Part shown: positions 29,745-39,827 of the stretch, piece after piece
How the letters are laid out: the number at the start of each line of letters is the position of its first letter
Position numbering within the stretch: the first letter of the stretch is position 1
Assembly (NCBI GenBank): GCA_964446285.1
Contig: CAYUNT010000003.1
Coordinates: 8-64,007 of the forward strand
DNA: 64,000 nt
Reading direction: 5' to 3'
DNA from: an uncultured Candidatus Sumerlaeota bacterium
Lineage (GTDB): Bacteria; Sumerlaeota; Sumerlaeia; SLMS01; CAYUNT01
The notes under the pieces: model-generated
Databases searched by the model: none
Told to the model about the DNA's origin: nothing
What the model saw: the letters and a program-made list of their open reading frames with translations, nothing else
Translations under genes and position numbers: made by a program

Positions 29745-30842
29745 TTATTCTTTAGTTTTGGCGGCGCGGTATCGGTAATAGGCGGCGCACGCGCCTTCGC
29801 TCGATACCATTGGCGCGCCAAGCGGGCGGTCGGGCGTGCAGCGCGTCCCAAAGGCGGGGCATTCGTGCGGCTTCATCAAGCCGCGCAACACCGCGCCCGC
29901 CTTGCATTCGGGCGATTCCGCCGCGCCGCGCTCGACAAGGCCAAACCGCCTTTCGGCATCGTGCGCGGCGTATTCATCGCGCAGCGCCAGACCGCTCGCC
30001 GGGATGACTCCGATCCCGCGCCAGGCGCGATCTGTGGGGCGAAACACCTCGGCGATCAGGCGGCGCGCCTCGGGATTGCCCTCGCGGCGCACCGAGCGGC
30101 TGTATTGATTTTCAACTTCCGCGCGGCCCGACTCGAGCTGCTCGACCGTCATTGCGATCCCCTGCAAAATATCGACCGGCTCGAACCCGGTGACGACGAT
30201 TGGAACGCGGTAGCGCGCGGCGAGAGGCTCGTATTCTGTCCAGCCCATCACGGTGCAAACGTGTCCGGCGGCGAGGAATCCCTGCACGCGGTTCTCGGGC
30301 GAGGAGAGAATCGCCTCCATCGCCGGGGGAACAAGGACGTGCGAAACGAGCAGAAAGAAATTCCTGAGTCCGCGATGATGGGCTTGGCGCACGGCCATGG
30401 CGTTGGCGGGAGCGGTCGTTTCGAACCCGACGGCGAAGAAAACCACGTCGCGGTCGGGATTTTCGGCGGCGATGCGCACGGCGTCGAGGGGCGAATAGAC
30501 CATGCGCACGCCGCCGCCCGCCGCCTTGACAGAAAGCAGATCGCGCGCGCTTCCGGGCACGCGCATCATGTCGCCGAACGAGCAAAAAATCACGCCCGGG
30601 CGCGAGGCGATCTCGACAGCCTTGTCAATCAACTCGATGGGCGTGACGCATACCGGGCACCCAGGGCCGTGAACGAGCGTCAGGCTGGGCGGTAGAAGCT
30701 CGTCGATGCCATAACGGAGGATTGCGTGCGTCTGCCCGCCGCAGATTTCCATGATCGTCCACGGGCGGGTAATGCGCCGGGCGATGGCGGCCGCATAACG
30801 CCGCGCGGATTGCGCATCGCGATATTCGTCGAGGTATTTCAT
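29745..30842 (-). CDS. hypD: [NiFe]-hydrogenase maturation protein HypD
   Basis: [67 protein letters not shown] motifs. Confidence 0.97.
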   Translation of the reverse strand: MKYLDEYRDAQSARRYAAAIARRITRPWTIMEICGGQTHAILRYGIDELLPPSLTLVHGPGCPVCVTPIELIDKAVEIASRPGVIFCSFGDMMRVPGSARDLLSVKAAGGGVRMVYSPLDAVRIAAENPDRDVVFFAVGFETTAPANAMAVRQAHHRGLRNFFLLVSHVLVPPAMEAILSSPENRVQGFLAAGHVCTVMGWTEYEPLAARYRVPIVVTGFEPVDILQGIAMTVEQLESGRAEVENQYSRSVRREGNPEARRLIAEVFRPTDRAWRGIGVIPASGLALRDEYAAHDAERRFGLVERGAAESPECKAGAVLRGLMKPHECPAFGTRCTPDRPLGAPMVSSEGACAAYYRYRAAKTKE

Positions 30843-30847
30843 AAGAA

Positions 30848-31018
30848 AGTGATCAGTGGACAGTGGGCAGAGAAGAGTTGTGAGTTGTGGGTTGTGGGTT
30901 GTGGGTTGTGAGTGAAGAAGTGGGCAGTGGTCAGTGGGCTGAGATGAGGCTTGTGGGGTGTGGGTTGTGAGTTGTGAGTTGTGGGTTGGAGTCCCATTCG
31001 TCCCATAGGTCTCATTGG
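30848..31018 (+). repeat. Composite short tandem repeat: GTTGTGG/CAGTGG heptamers followed by CCCATAGGT-type nonamers
   Basis: Direct reading of the sequence; shares the 20-mer GTGAGTGAAGAAGTGGGCAG with the tract at about 7010-7029. Confidence 0.85.
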
Positions 31019-31022
31019 TTAT

Positions 31023-32201
31023 TTACTTCACAAAATTGGCGTCGAGCCACTGGGCGCTTGGGCCGAGCGCCTCGCGCACCTTTTCCCAATCCACCTCCAG
31101 CGCGGGAGTAGATGCAACAGTTTCCCAACCTGCGGGCGGTTTGAGTCCGGGACGCAGAGGGAATTGCGCCGAACGCCCGCCCGCCAGCGTCTGCTCCACC
31201 TCGGCGGAAAGTAAAAAGTCAATCAAGCGGCGTCCAGCCTCGGGATTTGGGCCGTTGCGAATCAGGCAAACAGTGTTGGGAAGCAGAAGGAGCCGCCCGG
31301 AGGATGCCGCCGCGCTCTCCGCCGATTGCGAAGCGCGGTCCGCCGCCGCCGCGGGTGCAACTTCGGAGAGGAGCATCGGAGCGACGCCCACCGGATGCTT
31401 GTCCATCAATGCGCCCTGCGCATCGTCCGTGTCGGTCAGCCCCCACGGGATTTCACCCCAGGCCACGCGGTCGCGGACGGTGGCGTTGCTCGCGAGAACC
31501 TGAACGCTGTTGGCGCGCAATTTCTCAAATAAATCCTTGGTTATTTCCGGCCCCCACATCGCCCAAAGCACGGCGGCGTGCGTCGATGTGGTGCCAAATA
31601 GCGGATTGGCAATGGCGCAGCGCCCGCGCCATTTCGGATCGGCGAGGTCTTCCATGCGCCGCGGCACATCGGCTTCTTTAATGAGGTTTTTGTTGTAGAT
31701 TACGACTCGCGCGCGCGCCGCGAATCCGGTCCAGTGGCCTTCGGGATCGCGCATCGACGCGGGGAAGGCCGCCGCCTCGGGCGATTGATATGGCGCGGTG
31801 ACGCCGCGGCTTTTCAATAGCAGCGTGCGGACGATTTCGTTGTTCCAAAAGACATCGCAGCGCGGACGCGGCGCTTCGGCGAGAAGGCGGTTCATCAGGC
31901 CGACGGTTTTCGCCGCTTCGGTGTCATAGACGGCGCGGACGCGGATGCCCGTGCGTTCCTCGAATTGCTTGAGGATCGGCTCGCTAAAAATCTGATCGAG
32001 CGCCGCATACACCACCACTTCGCCCGCAGCGGTGTTTTGCGATTTCGCGGCTTTTGCGTTTTCAGTTTTTTCGCCGGAATTTCCGCATCCCGCCACCAGA
32101 AACAGCGAGGCGGCCAGGAACGAAAACAGGAAAGCGCGTAAAAGCCCATTCCTGGACAAAAAATTTTGGAATCGGAGAAAAGATAATGGCTCATCGCGCA
32201 T
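31023..32201 (-). CDS. ABC transporter substrate-binding lipoprotein, Fe3+/AfuA-FutA-like
   Basis: Lipobox LVAGC; VVVYAALD, PR.DVFW, W.GFAARARVVIYN, GLTDTDD motifs. Confidence 0.85.
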   Translation of the reverse strand: MRDEPLSFLRFQNFLSRNGLLRAFLFSFLAASLFLVAGCGNSGEKTENAKAAKSQNTAAGEVVVYAALDQIFSEPILKQFEERTGIRVRAVYDTEAAKTVGLMNRLLAEAPRPRCDVFWNNEIVRTLLLKSRGVTAPYQSPEAAAFPASMRDPEGHWTGFAARARVVIYNKNLIKEADVPRRMEDLADPKWRGRCAIANPLFGTTSTHAAVLWAMWGPEITKDLFEKLRANSVQVLASNATVRDRVAWGEIPWGLTDTDDAQGALMDKHPVGVAPMLLSEVAPAAAADRASQSAESAAASSGRLLLLPNTVCLIRNGPNPEAGRRLIDFLLSAEVEQTLAGGRSAQFPLRPGLKPPAGWETVASTPALEVDWEKVREALGPSAQWLDANFVK

Positions 32202-32322
32202 GGCAAAGCACCTCGCTAGGCAAACAAGGCGGAAAATAATCTTGGACGGGACGTCCATGCCACCTGCAATTTCCGGCCTCAGGTTTTGGGGCGCCAGCGG
32301 ATTGAGCCGCGGGCGTTCCCTT

Positions 32323-33789
32323 TTATTTTGGCGCCGGACCCCAGGCGGGCTGGGTGTTGTTTCCGCCTGTGGTCAATTGCTGCTGATTGGATCCGTCATC
32401 GAGCATCATATAAATCTGCCACGAGCCGGCGCGGTTCGAGGAGAACATGATGTGGCGTCCGTCGGGCGCCCAGGAAGGCGCTTCGTTGTCGCCCTGATTC
32501 ATTGTCAGGCGGCGGTAAGAGTTTGGATCGCCGCTTGCGCTGCAGGTGAAGATGTCAAACCGCCCCTGAATGCGCGAGACAAACGCGAGGCGGTCGCCGC
32601 CGGGCGCCCAGGCGGGCGCGTCGTTCCATGAGCCTCGCTGAGTAAGCCGCCGGGCGCCCGAACCGCTCGAATCCATAATGAAAATCTGCGGGCTGCCGGT
32701 TTCGCGATCCGAAACGAACGCGATTCGCGAGCCTTCAGGCGACCACGCAGGCGAACTCTCGATGGTGCGCGTTGTGGTGAGGCGCTTGAGTCCGCTGCCA
32801 TCGCGTCCGCAGGTGTAGAGCTCAGAGTTGCCGTCTTTTGAAAGCACCATGACGATGCGCTGGAGCGTTTCGGACCAATCGGGAAGCGTGTTGAGGCCGG
32901 AGTATCGCGCGATGGGCCAGAGGCGCAAATCATCGAGCCGGATGCCGTAAAGATCGGGATTATATTGGTGGTATGTGGTGAAATAGATTTCCTTCCCGGC
33001 GGCGCCCCAGCAGGGTGCGGCGCACAGGCGGCCAAATCGCGTTAGGGTGGGCTGGTTTTGTCCGAAGCCGTCATAATCCATGACGGCAAGTTCCTTTACG
33101 CCACGCGAGGAGCGTTCGGTGATGTAAGCGATGCGAGTCTGGCAAATTCCCGGCGTGATGCCCTTGATGTAGCGGATCACTTCGTCGCTGATCTGGTGGG
33201 CCAGCGCGCGATACTCTTTCATCGAGCCGCGGAATTGCTTGCCAAACACACGCTGCTGCGAACGCACATCAAAAAGCATGGTATCCACAGTGAATGTGTC
33301 GGCCCCGCCAGCGGGTTTGCACGATCCCATCAGGTAATGCTCGGCTCCAAGGGCGGACCAGGCCTCCCAATGTATTTTGTCGCCTTCAACGTCGGCGCGG
33401 TTGAGTCCGTTCACCTTGAGCGAGTCGGGAAGCGTGAAATACCCCGAGAGTTCAAGGTCGCGTCGGATGATGCGCGGAATGGATTCGTATTCGAGCGCAA
33501 GGCCGCCTTCGACGTTGAAAAACGGCACGGCGATGCAACTTTTTGAATAGAGTGAAACGGGGCGGACAACGCCTAGGTCTGCCGCCGTGGATGGCGCCGG
33601 CGGCGCAGATGGCGCGGATGCGGCGGCTTTGGAAGAAGCTGAGGAAGCTGCGGGAGAAGAAGGAGAGGCGGTCGTGGGAGCCGGGCTGGCGGATTTATTG
33701 GTCAGCGTTTTCAACGGCTGCGGCGCGGCGGGCACGGCCGCAGCTGCCGCCATGCACAGGGCCATGCACAAAAATATAGGCAGCAACAT
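32323..33789 (-). CDS. tolB: Tol-Pal system beta-propeller protein TolB
   Basis: IAVPFF, I.RDL.LSGYF, AH.ISDEVI, TRIAY, MDYDG, PD40 repeats (SPAWSPEG.RIAF). Start could alternatively be 33843. Confidence 0.85.
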   Translation of the reverse strand: MLLPIFLCMALCMAAAAAVPAAPQPLKTLTNKSASPAPTTASPSSPAASSASSKAAASAPSAPPAPSTAADLGVVRPVSLYSKSCIAVPFFNVEGGLALEYESIPRIIRRDLELSGYFTLPDSLKVNGLNRADVEGDKIHWEAWSALGAEHYLMGSCKPAGGADTFTVDTMLFDVRSQQRVFGKQFRGSMKEYRALAHQISDEVIRYIKGITPGICQTRIAYITERSSRGVKELAVMDYDGFGQNQPTLTRFGRLCAAPCWGAAGKEIYFTTYHQYNPDLYGIRLDDLRLWPIARYSGLNTLPDWSETLQRIVMVLSKDGNSELYTCGRDGSGLKRLTTTRTIESSPAWSPEGSRIAFVSDRETGSPQIFIMDSSGSGARRLTQRGSWNDAPAWAPGGDRLAFVSRIQGRFDIFTCSASGDPNSYRRLTMNQGDNEAPSWAPDGRHIMFSSNRAGSWQIYMMLDDGSNQQQLTTGGNNTQPAWGPAPK

Positions 33790-34052
33790 AAAATTGTGCC
33801 GCGGCGGAGCGCCCGCGCGGGCAGATTCCCGCGCGCGGAGCATGGTGCAATTCTGGGGTTGGATGTCAGAATAATCGTCTGCATTCCGCAGGGTTTCACA
33901 GTTCAACCGATTCACGAGAGCAATCCTCCAGAAGAATGCAATGGGCCTGGATAGAACGAAACGCCGCATCGGCATTTCGCAGGCGCCGAGCCGTTTGCAT
34001 CGCGCCGCAGCCTACAACGGCAATACGAATTTTCTGATCCGAAAAACTTGCC

Positions 34053-34155
34053 CAGGAGCAGTTCAAAGTTACGGGTGGCATGTGCATCTTTCCCGTGATT
34101 TCAGTGCCTTGGGCGTCTCGCCCCAAGATTTTTCCTGCACTTTGAACAGTTCCTG
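34053..34155. mobile_element. 103-bp MITE, copy 2
   Basis: TIRs CAGGAGCAGTTCAAAGT / ACTTTGAACAGTTCCTG. Flanked by the direct repeat AAAACTTGCC at 34043-34052 and 34156-34165. Right end is 30/31 identical to the reverse complement of 18278-18308. Confidence 0.85.
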
Positions 34156-34436
34156 AAAACTTGCCCCCATCGCGAAAGAATGGCATATTCTTCAGTGGCC
34201 GGAATTGAATAAACAGGAATATACAACCTTATTACGTTATGCATCCGCTCATGCAATATGCTTTATTTTCATGGCGCGTGAAAAGTGTCCCTCTTGTGTT
34301 CTTTTTGCTGGTGGCGCTGGCAGTTCGAGCCGAGAATTCCATGCAAGTATAAAGAGAAATCCAAATATCTGCCGGAATTTATGTGTGCGCAATCCTTTGG
34401 ATATGAATTATCGCGGATTGCAGGCGGAGTTGAGCC

Positions 34437-34500
34437 TGTGGATAATCTGTGAATAACCTGTGGATATCTTGTGATCGCACTGTGGAATTTTTGGGGATAA
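34437..34500 (-). promoter_or_regulatory. Array of six helically phased DnaA-box-like 9-mers (candidate oriC core)
   Basis: TGTGGATAA 34437, TGTGAATAA 34448, TGTGGATAT 34459, TGTGATCGC 34470 (weak), TGTGGAATT 34481 (weak), TGGGGATAA 34492: exact 11-bp period. Further boxes at 34605 (TGTGGAAAA) and 34711 (TTGTCCACA). Confidence 0.75.
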
Positions 34501-34683
34501 CTTTCGCGCGGAGATTCCATGTTGTTCGGGCAAAAGCTTGCTTTCGCTTGCTGGAGCCGCGAAATGGACGTGAAATAAGCGTCGATTATGCAATTCGCTC
34601 GTCTTGTGGAAAACTTTGGAAAGAAATACAAGAGATTGACGTTCGCTTTGTGTTCGTTTTTCAGAATATTTATGTTTCTTAAC

Positions 34684-34730
34684 ACTTTATATATACAGCG
34701 TCAAGGCTATTTGTCCACAATATGTAGTAT
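34684..34730. promoter_or_regulatory. Tandem NrdR boxes upstream of nrdJ
   Basis: CCACAATATGTAGTAT (34715-34730) matches acaCwAtATaTwGtgt at 13/16; ACTTTATATATACAGC (34684-34699) at 11/16; offset 31 bp. Confidence 0.65.
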
Positions 34731-35210
34731 TTATATGCAGGAATGTTCATGCATTTTTCTCCAAAATTAGGGTTGCAGATGTAGGGCCTTCTCGATAGGC
34801 TCTCTTTTGCTTTTGCGCTGGTAGAGACGTTTGTCCCAGCGCTTTTCCTGCTGTGAGATTAATTGCACAAGGTTAACGATATAAACCACAGGGATAGGGA
34901 CAAGGATTGATTCGAGGGGCTGGTATTCTATTGCCTGTGATCTGAATATCCAGATTTCCCTGACGTGTTCGTTCGTTTTTCCTGAGATAATTATAGTCCG
35001 CTTTCCCTGATATGTTTTGCCTGCAGAATAGGCGCCAGGTTGGCGCGAAGCCGCCTCAAGCGCCTGCAACATAAGATAAATCAGTCTTCCGGACGTCCGG
35101 GGTGGGTCAAGTTTCCTGGCCCTCAGCAGAACCGTTCCCATTCATTTTCTCCAGCTGCTGTTCCCGCGTCCCAGCTCCCGGCCCACACCTGTCCAAGGAG
35201 GTCCGTTCCC

Positions 35211-38200
35211 ATGTCCCCTTCTCCCGCTCCTCCCGCAGAAACCCGCTCCGGTTCCAGTTCCTGTTCTTGTCCGAAGAACGCGACCGCAAGCGCCCCGTGG
35301 CAGGAAAAGGACCTTTCCCTCCCGGACGCTCCGGAACCCCTTTCTGAGGCGCCTGCTCCCGCCGCAAGCGCCGGATTGCCGATGCAAAGGCATTTCACCC
35401 GCGTTGGCATTCATCCCTTTGACGAAGTTGCGTGGGAACGACGCACGGCCGTCATCGCCAACGAAAAAGGCGAAGAGTTTTTCCGCCAGGAAGACGTTGA
35501 GATTCCCGCTTCATGGTCGATGATGGCCACGAATGTCGTGGTGTCGAAATACTTCCGCGGCGCCCTCGGAACGCCCGCGCGCGAGAATTCGGTGCGGCAG
35601 TTGATCGGGCGCGTGGCGGAAACCCTGGCTTTGTGGGGCAAACAGGGGCAGTATTTCGCCACCCCGGCCGATGCGGAAACCTTCGAGGCGGAGCTGTCTT
35701 ATCTCCTTGTAAATCAATACGCCGCGTTCAATTCACCGGTGTGGTTCAATGTCGGCGTCGAAAAGCATCCCCAATGTTCGGCATGTTTTATCAACTCCGT
35801 CGAAGACACCATGTGGTCGATCATGACCCTGGCCCGGACGGAAGGGATGCTCTTCAAATACGGAAGCGGAACGGGATCGAATTTGTCCACAATCCGTTCT
35901 TCGCGCGAAAAGCTACAGGGTGGCGGAACGGCTTCGGGACCGGTGTCGTTCATGCGCGGGTTTGACGCATTTGCGGGCGTGATCAAGTCTGGCGGCAAGA
36001 CGCGCCGCGCTGCCAAAATGGTGATTCTCAACGCGGATCATCCGGACATTCTGGAGTTTGTGGACAGCAAGGCGCATGAGGAAAAAAAGGCCTGGGCGCT
36101 GATCGACGCCGGATACGACGGCTCGTTCAATGGCGAGGCGTATTCGTCGATTTTCTTTCAGAACTCGAACAATTCCGTGCGCGTAACGGACGAGTTCATG
36201 CAGGCTTATGAAAAAGGCGGCAAATACTGGACCAAATACGTAATTACAGGCAAGCCGTGCGAGGAACTCGATGCGCGCGCGGTGATGCGGCGCATCGCGG
36301 AGGCAGCGTGGGTTTGCGGCGATCCCGGGCTGCAATTCCACACCACAATTAACCGCTGGCACACATGCAAGGCCACGGCGCAGATCAACGCCTCGAATCC
36401 GTGTTCGGAATTCATGTTCCTGGACGATTCAGCCTGCAATCTTGCCTCGCTGAACATGCTCAAATTCCTGCGCGAAGACGGCACATTCGATGTGGAAGGA
36501 TTCCGTCACGCGGTGCGCATAGTGTTCCTCGCGCAGGAAATCATGGTCTCAAACGCCTCGTATCCGTCGGACAAGATCGGCGCCAACTCCGAGAAATTCC
36601 GTCCGCTTGGGCTTGGATACGCGAATCTGGGCGCGCTGCTCATGGCATTGGGCGTTCCTTACGACAGCGAGGAAGGCCGCCAAGTGGCCGCGACTGTGAC
36701 GGCGCTCATGACGGGCGAAGCCTACCGGCTCAGCGCGGCGGTGGCCGCCACAAAAGGCCCGTTTGACGGCTATGCGCCCAATCGCGATTCTATGCTCGAG
36801 ACGATCGAAATGCATCGGGCGGCGGCGCGTCGCATTCCGCGAGCGGCGTGCTTGGGCGAAGATGTGTTGCGCCAGGCGTGCGAGGCTTGGGATGACGCCG
36901 TTCGCCTCGGGCAGCATTACGGATTTCGCAATGCGCAGGCGTCGGTCATCGCGCCGACGGGCACAATCGGCTTCATGATGGATTGTGACACGACGGGGAT
37001 CGAGCCTGACCTGGCGCTCGTGAAATACAAAAAGCTTGTGGGGGGCGGACTGTTGAAAATTGTCAATCAGACCGTTCCGCGCGCCTTGCAGCGTCTTGGG
37101 TATTCGCCGGACCGGATTCAGGCGATTTTGGACCACATTGATAAAGAAGAAACGATCGAGGGCGCGCCGCATCTGGCGCCCGAGCACCTGCCTGTGTTTG
37201 ACTGCGCGTTCCGCCCGGCGAACGGCAAACGGTTCATCCACTACATGGGACATGTGCGCATGATGGCCGCCGTGCAGCCGTTTGTAAGCGGCGCGATCTC
37301 GAAAACGGTCAATATGCCCAACGAGACCACGCCCGAGGAAATCGAGAAGGTGTATGCCGAGGCGTGGCGAATGGGCTTGAAGGCGCTGGCGATTTATCGC
37401 GATGGCTGCAAACGCACGCAGCCGATGAGCGCAAGCCGCGCGAAAGAGAGCGGGGCAAAAGAAGCCAGCCCGGTGGCGCAAACACAGCAGCCATCGGCCC
37501 CCCCGGCCGCTGTTGTCCAATCCAGCGGAGCGCAGCCCGCGGCTTCGCCCAAACCGCAGATTGTCTATAAACCTTTGCGCGAACGCCTGCCCGCCGAGCG
37601 GCGCGCCATCACGCATAAATTCGAAATCGGCAATCATGAAGGCTATCTTACCGTCGGCCTTTATGATGACGGGCGGCCGGGCGAACTCTTCATCCGCATG
37701 GCCAAGGAAGGCTCGACAATCTCGGGCCTCATGGACGCATTCGCGACGGCGATTTCAATTTCACTCCAATACGGCGTTCCGCTCAACGTGCTGGTGAACA
37801 AGTTTGTCCATACGCGATTCGAGCCGTCGGGATTCACGAAAAACCGCGAAATCCCCGTGGCGAAATCCATTATGGATTACATTTTCCGCTGGCTGGCGGC
37901 GAAGTTCCTCTCGAAGGACGAAGCGGCGGCTTATGGAGTTGTGATCCGCCAAAACAACGCGGAAGGAAGCGGGCCTGTGGCTGTTCCCGAGGAACCGCGC
38001 ACGCCGCCGCCTTCGAAGGCACATCCCGCACACCCCGAATCCGATCCGCCGTCAAACCCGGCTTCGACCGCAGCCGCCGGCTCGCCGGGTATAAGCGCGG
38101 CCGAGTCCACCGGCGGAAATGGAAAGGCAAAGGGCAAAAACGGGAACGGGCAGTCGAAAACGGAAACGTCGTCGCAGGAAGCCGTTATGGCAGTTGCGTC

Positions 38201-38429
38201 GGAAGGGCAGGATGCCGTATCGAACGCCAGCAGCATGGCGGCGGCCGGCACGCGCCGTGCGCGAGCCGCTTTGGTCTCGGGCGATCCGGCGGGCGCGCTT
38301 GCGATCGAGATGAGCGCCTTCGCCAATCAGCAGGATGCGCCCTTGTGCAGTGTGTGCGGCGCGATCACGGTCCGAAGCGGCGCGTGCTACAAATGCCTTA
38401 ACTGCGGCACCAGCCTTGGCTGCGGGTAG
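35211..38429 (+). CDS. nrdJ: Adenosylcobalamin-dependent ribonucleotide reductase (class II) with C-terminal TSCPD and Zn-ribbon domains
   Basis: FNSPVWFN, QCSACFI, GGTASGPVSF, RRAAKM, ASNPCSE, CNLASLN, IAPTGTI motifs. RBS AAGGAGG before ATG 35211. Confidence 0.97.
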   Translation: MSPSPAPPAETRSGSSSCSCPKNATASAPWQEKDLSLPDAPEPLSEAPAPAASAGLPMQRHFTRVGIHPFDEVAWERRTAVIANEKGEEFFRQEDVEIPASWSMMATNVVVSKYFRGALGTPARENSVRQLIGRVAETLALWGKQGQYFATPADAETFEAELSYLLVNQYAAFNSPVWFNVGVEKHPQCSACFINSVEDTMWSIMTLARTEGMLFKYGSGTGSNLSTIRSSREKLQGGGTASGPVSFMRGFDAFAGVIKSGGKTRRAAKMVILNADHPDILEFVDSKAHEEKKAWALIDAGYDGSFNGEAYSSIFFQNSNNSVRVTDEFMQAYEKGGKYWTKYVITGKPCEELDARAVMRRIAEAAWVCGDPGLQFHTTINRWHTCKATAQINASNPCSEFMFLDDSACNLASLNMLKFLREDGTFDVEGFRHAVRIVFLAQEIMVSNASYPSDKIGANSEKFRPLGLGYANLGALLMALGVPYDSEEGRQVAATVTALMTGEAYRLSAAVAATKGPFDGYAPNRDSMLETIEMHRAAARRIPRAACLGEDVLRQACEAWDDAVRLGQHYGFRNAQASVIAPTGTIGFMMDCDTTGIEPDLALVKYKKLVGGGLLKIVNQTVPRALQRLGYSPDRIQAILDHIDKEETIEGAPHLAPEHLPVFDCAFRPANGKRFIHYMGHVRMMAAVQPFVSGAISKTVNMPNETTPEEIEKVYAEAWRMGLKALAIYRDGCKRTQPMSASRAKESGAKEASPVAQTQQPSAPPAAVVQSSGAQPAASPKPQIVYKPLRERLPAERRAITHKFEIGNHEGYLTVGLYDDGRPGELFIRMAKEGSTISGLMDAFATAISISLQYGVPLNVLVNKFVHTRFEPSGFTKNREIPVAKSIMDYIFRWLAAKFLSKDEAAAYGVVIRQNNAEGSGPVAVPEEPRTPPPSKAHPAHPESDPPSNPASTAAAGSPGISAAESTGGNGKAKGKNGNGQSKTETSSQEAVMAVASEGQDAVSNASSMAAAGTRRARAALVSGDPAGALAIEMSAFANQQDAPLCSVCGAITVRSGACYKCLNCGTSLGCG

Positions 38430-38725
38430 AATTCGGCGCCTTGCATAGTGGGCGCGCGCGCTTGCCTGTGCAGCGAGCGGAGAACGCGGGCGGATAGTTT
38501 TCGCGCCGCTATTTCCGCTTGTATGGGGCTTGAACGCGACACATAGAAAGACAGGATTGGCGGGCGAAGGGGAGAGGCAACAGGCCGCTCTTCTTAATGC
38601 CGCCAGTCTTGTTTGTTTTATCACGAAAATTGCCAGGCCGGGATTGGATGCCGTAGAAAAAGCAAAGGCGCGGACGCCAGGCGGCGCAGCAACTGCGGCA
38701 TTTGCAGGCAGGAAGGATGACTCGG

Positions 38726-39709
38726 ATGGAAAAGCGGCGGTTGGGAAAAAACGGACCCGAGGTCGGGGCGATTGGCCTGGGGTGTATGGGGATGAGCGAA
38801 TTTTACGGAACGGCCGACGAATCGGAGTCACGAAGGACGATTTTGGCGGCGCTGGAGAACGGCGTCACGATGCTGGATACGTCCGATATGTATGGGATCG
38901 GGCACAACGAACAGCTGATCGCTTCTGTCCTCAAAGAGTGGCGCGGCGAGGTGTTTTTGGCCACCAAGTTTGGCGTTGTGCGCGAAAAAGGCAAATATGA
39001 ACGCAACATCTGCGGACGCCCCGAATACGTCCGCCAGGCGTGCGACGCCAGCCTGAAACGCCTTCAGCGCGACGTAATTGATTTGTATTATATCCACCGC
39101 GTCGATGTCAGTGTGCCGATCGAAGAGACAATGGGCGCGCTGGCAGAACTGGTGGCGCAGGGAAAAGTGCGCTATCTGGGCATTTCCGAGGCCTCGGCCG
39201 CAACGATTCGCAGGGCGCACGCCGTGCATCCGCTGGCGGCCCTGCAGACGGAATACTCGCTTTGCACGCGCGATTTGGAGCGCGAAATCCTGCCCGCCTT
39301 GCGCGAATTGGGCATCGCCCTTGTGGCCTATAGTCCGCTCGGGCGCGGTTTCCTTACGGGCAAACTGGACGCGGGCAATTTGCAGCAAGGCGACTTCCGC
39401 TCGATGGTGCCGCGAATGCAGGGCGAGAATTACGCGCAAAATCAAGCCTTGCTGGAAAAACTCGCGGCGATTGCCCGCGCCAAAGCCATTGCGCTTCCCA
39501 AACTCTCGCTCGCATGGGTTCTGGCAAAGGGCAAGGACATCATCCCTATTCCCGGCACGACGCGTGTGGCACACCTCTTGGACAATCTTAGCGCTCTCGA
39601 TGTCCAGTTGACAGAGGCGGACCTTCGGGAGATCGAGGCGGCTTTCCCCGCGAGCGAGGTGAAAGGCGACCGCTATCCGCCGCAGGGAATGATCAGCCTC
39701 AACGCATAG
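38726..39709 (+). CDS. Aldo/keto reductase
   Basis: [51 protein letters not shown] motifs. Confidence 0.93.
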   Translation: MEKRRLGKNGPEVGAIGLGCMGMSEFYGTADESESRRTILAALENGVTMLDTSDMYGIGHNEQLIASVLKEWRGEVFLATKFGVVREKGKYERNICGRPEYVRQACDASLKRLQRDVIDLYYIHRVDVSVPIEETMGALAELVAQGKVRYLGISEASAATIRRAHAVHPLAALQTEYSLCTRDLEREILPALRELGIALVAYSPLGRGFLTGKLDAGNLQQGDFRSMVPRMQGENYAQNQALLEKLAAIARAKAIALPKLSLAWVLAKGKDIIPIPGTTRVAHLLDNLSALDVQLTEADLREIEAAFPASEVKGDRYPPQGMISLNA

Positions 39710-39827
39710 AATGTATCTCTTCATTGGCGAGCGTCCCATAGGTCTCATTCGTCCTACAGGTCCCATTTTCGCAACACGGCGGCAAGTATTCATTCCAGCA
39801 TAAGCAACATCCCAGTTGGATTTCACA

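Noticed and set aside
34767-35141. 124-aa minus-strand ORF (and 34269..34685) in the tolB-nrdJ gap
   Set aside because: No motifs, no clear RBS, and overlaps regulatory sequence.
34740-35210. Cobalamin riboswitch ahead of nrdJ
   Set aside because: The conserved GGGAA...GCCACTG/GGGAAG elements were not found by eye; an Rfam scan would settle it.
35211-38429. Intein or intron in nrdJ
   Set aside because: Extra length is explained by low-complexity linkers and the TSCPD domain; no splicing motifs or LAGLIDADG blocks seen.
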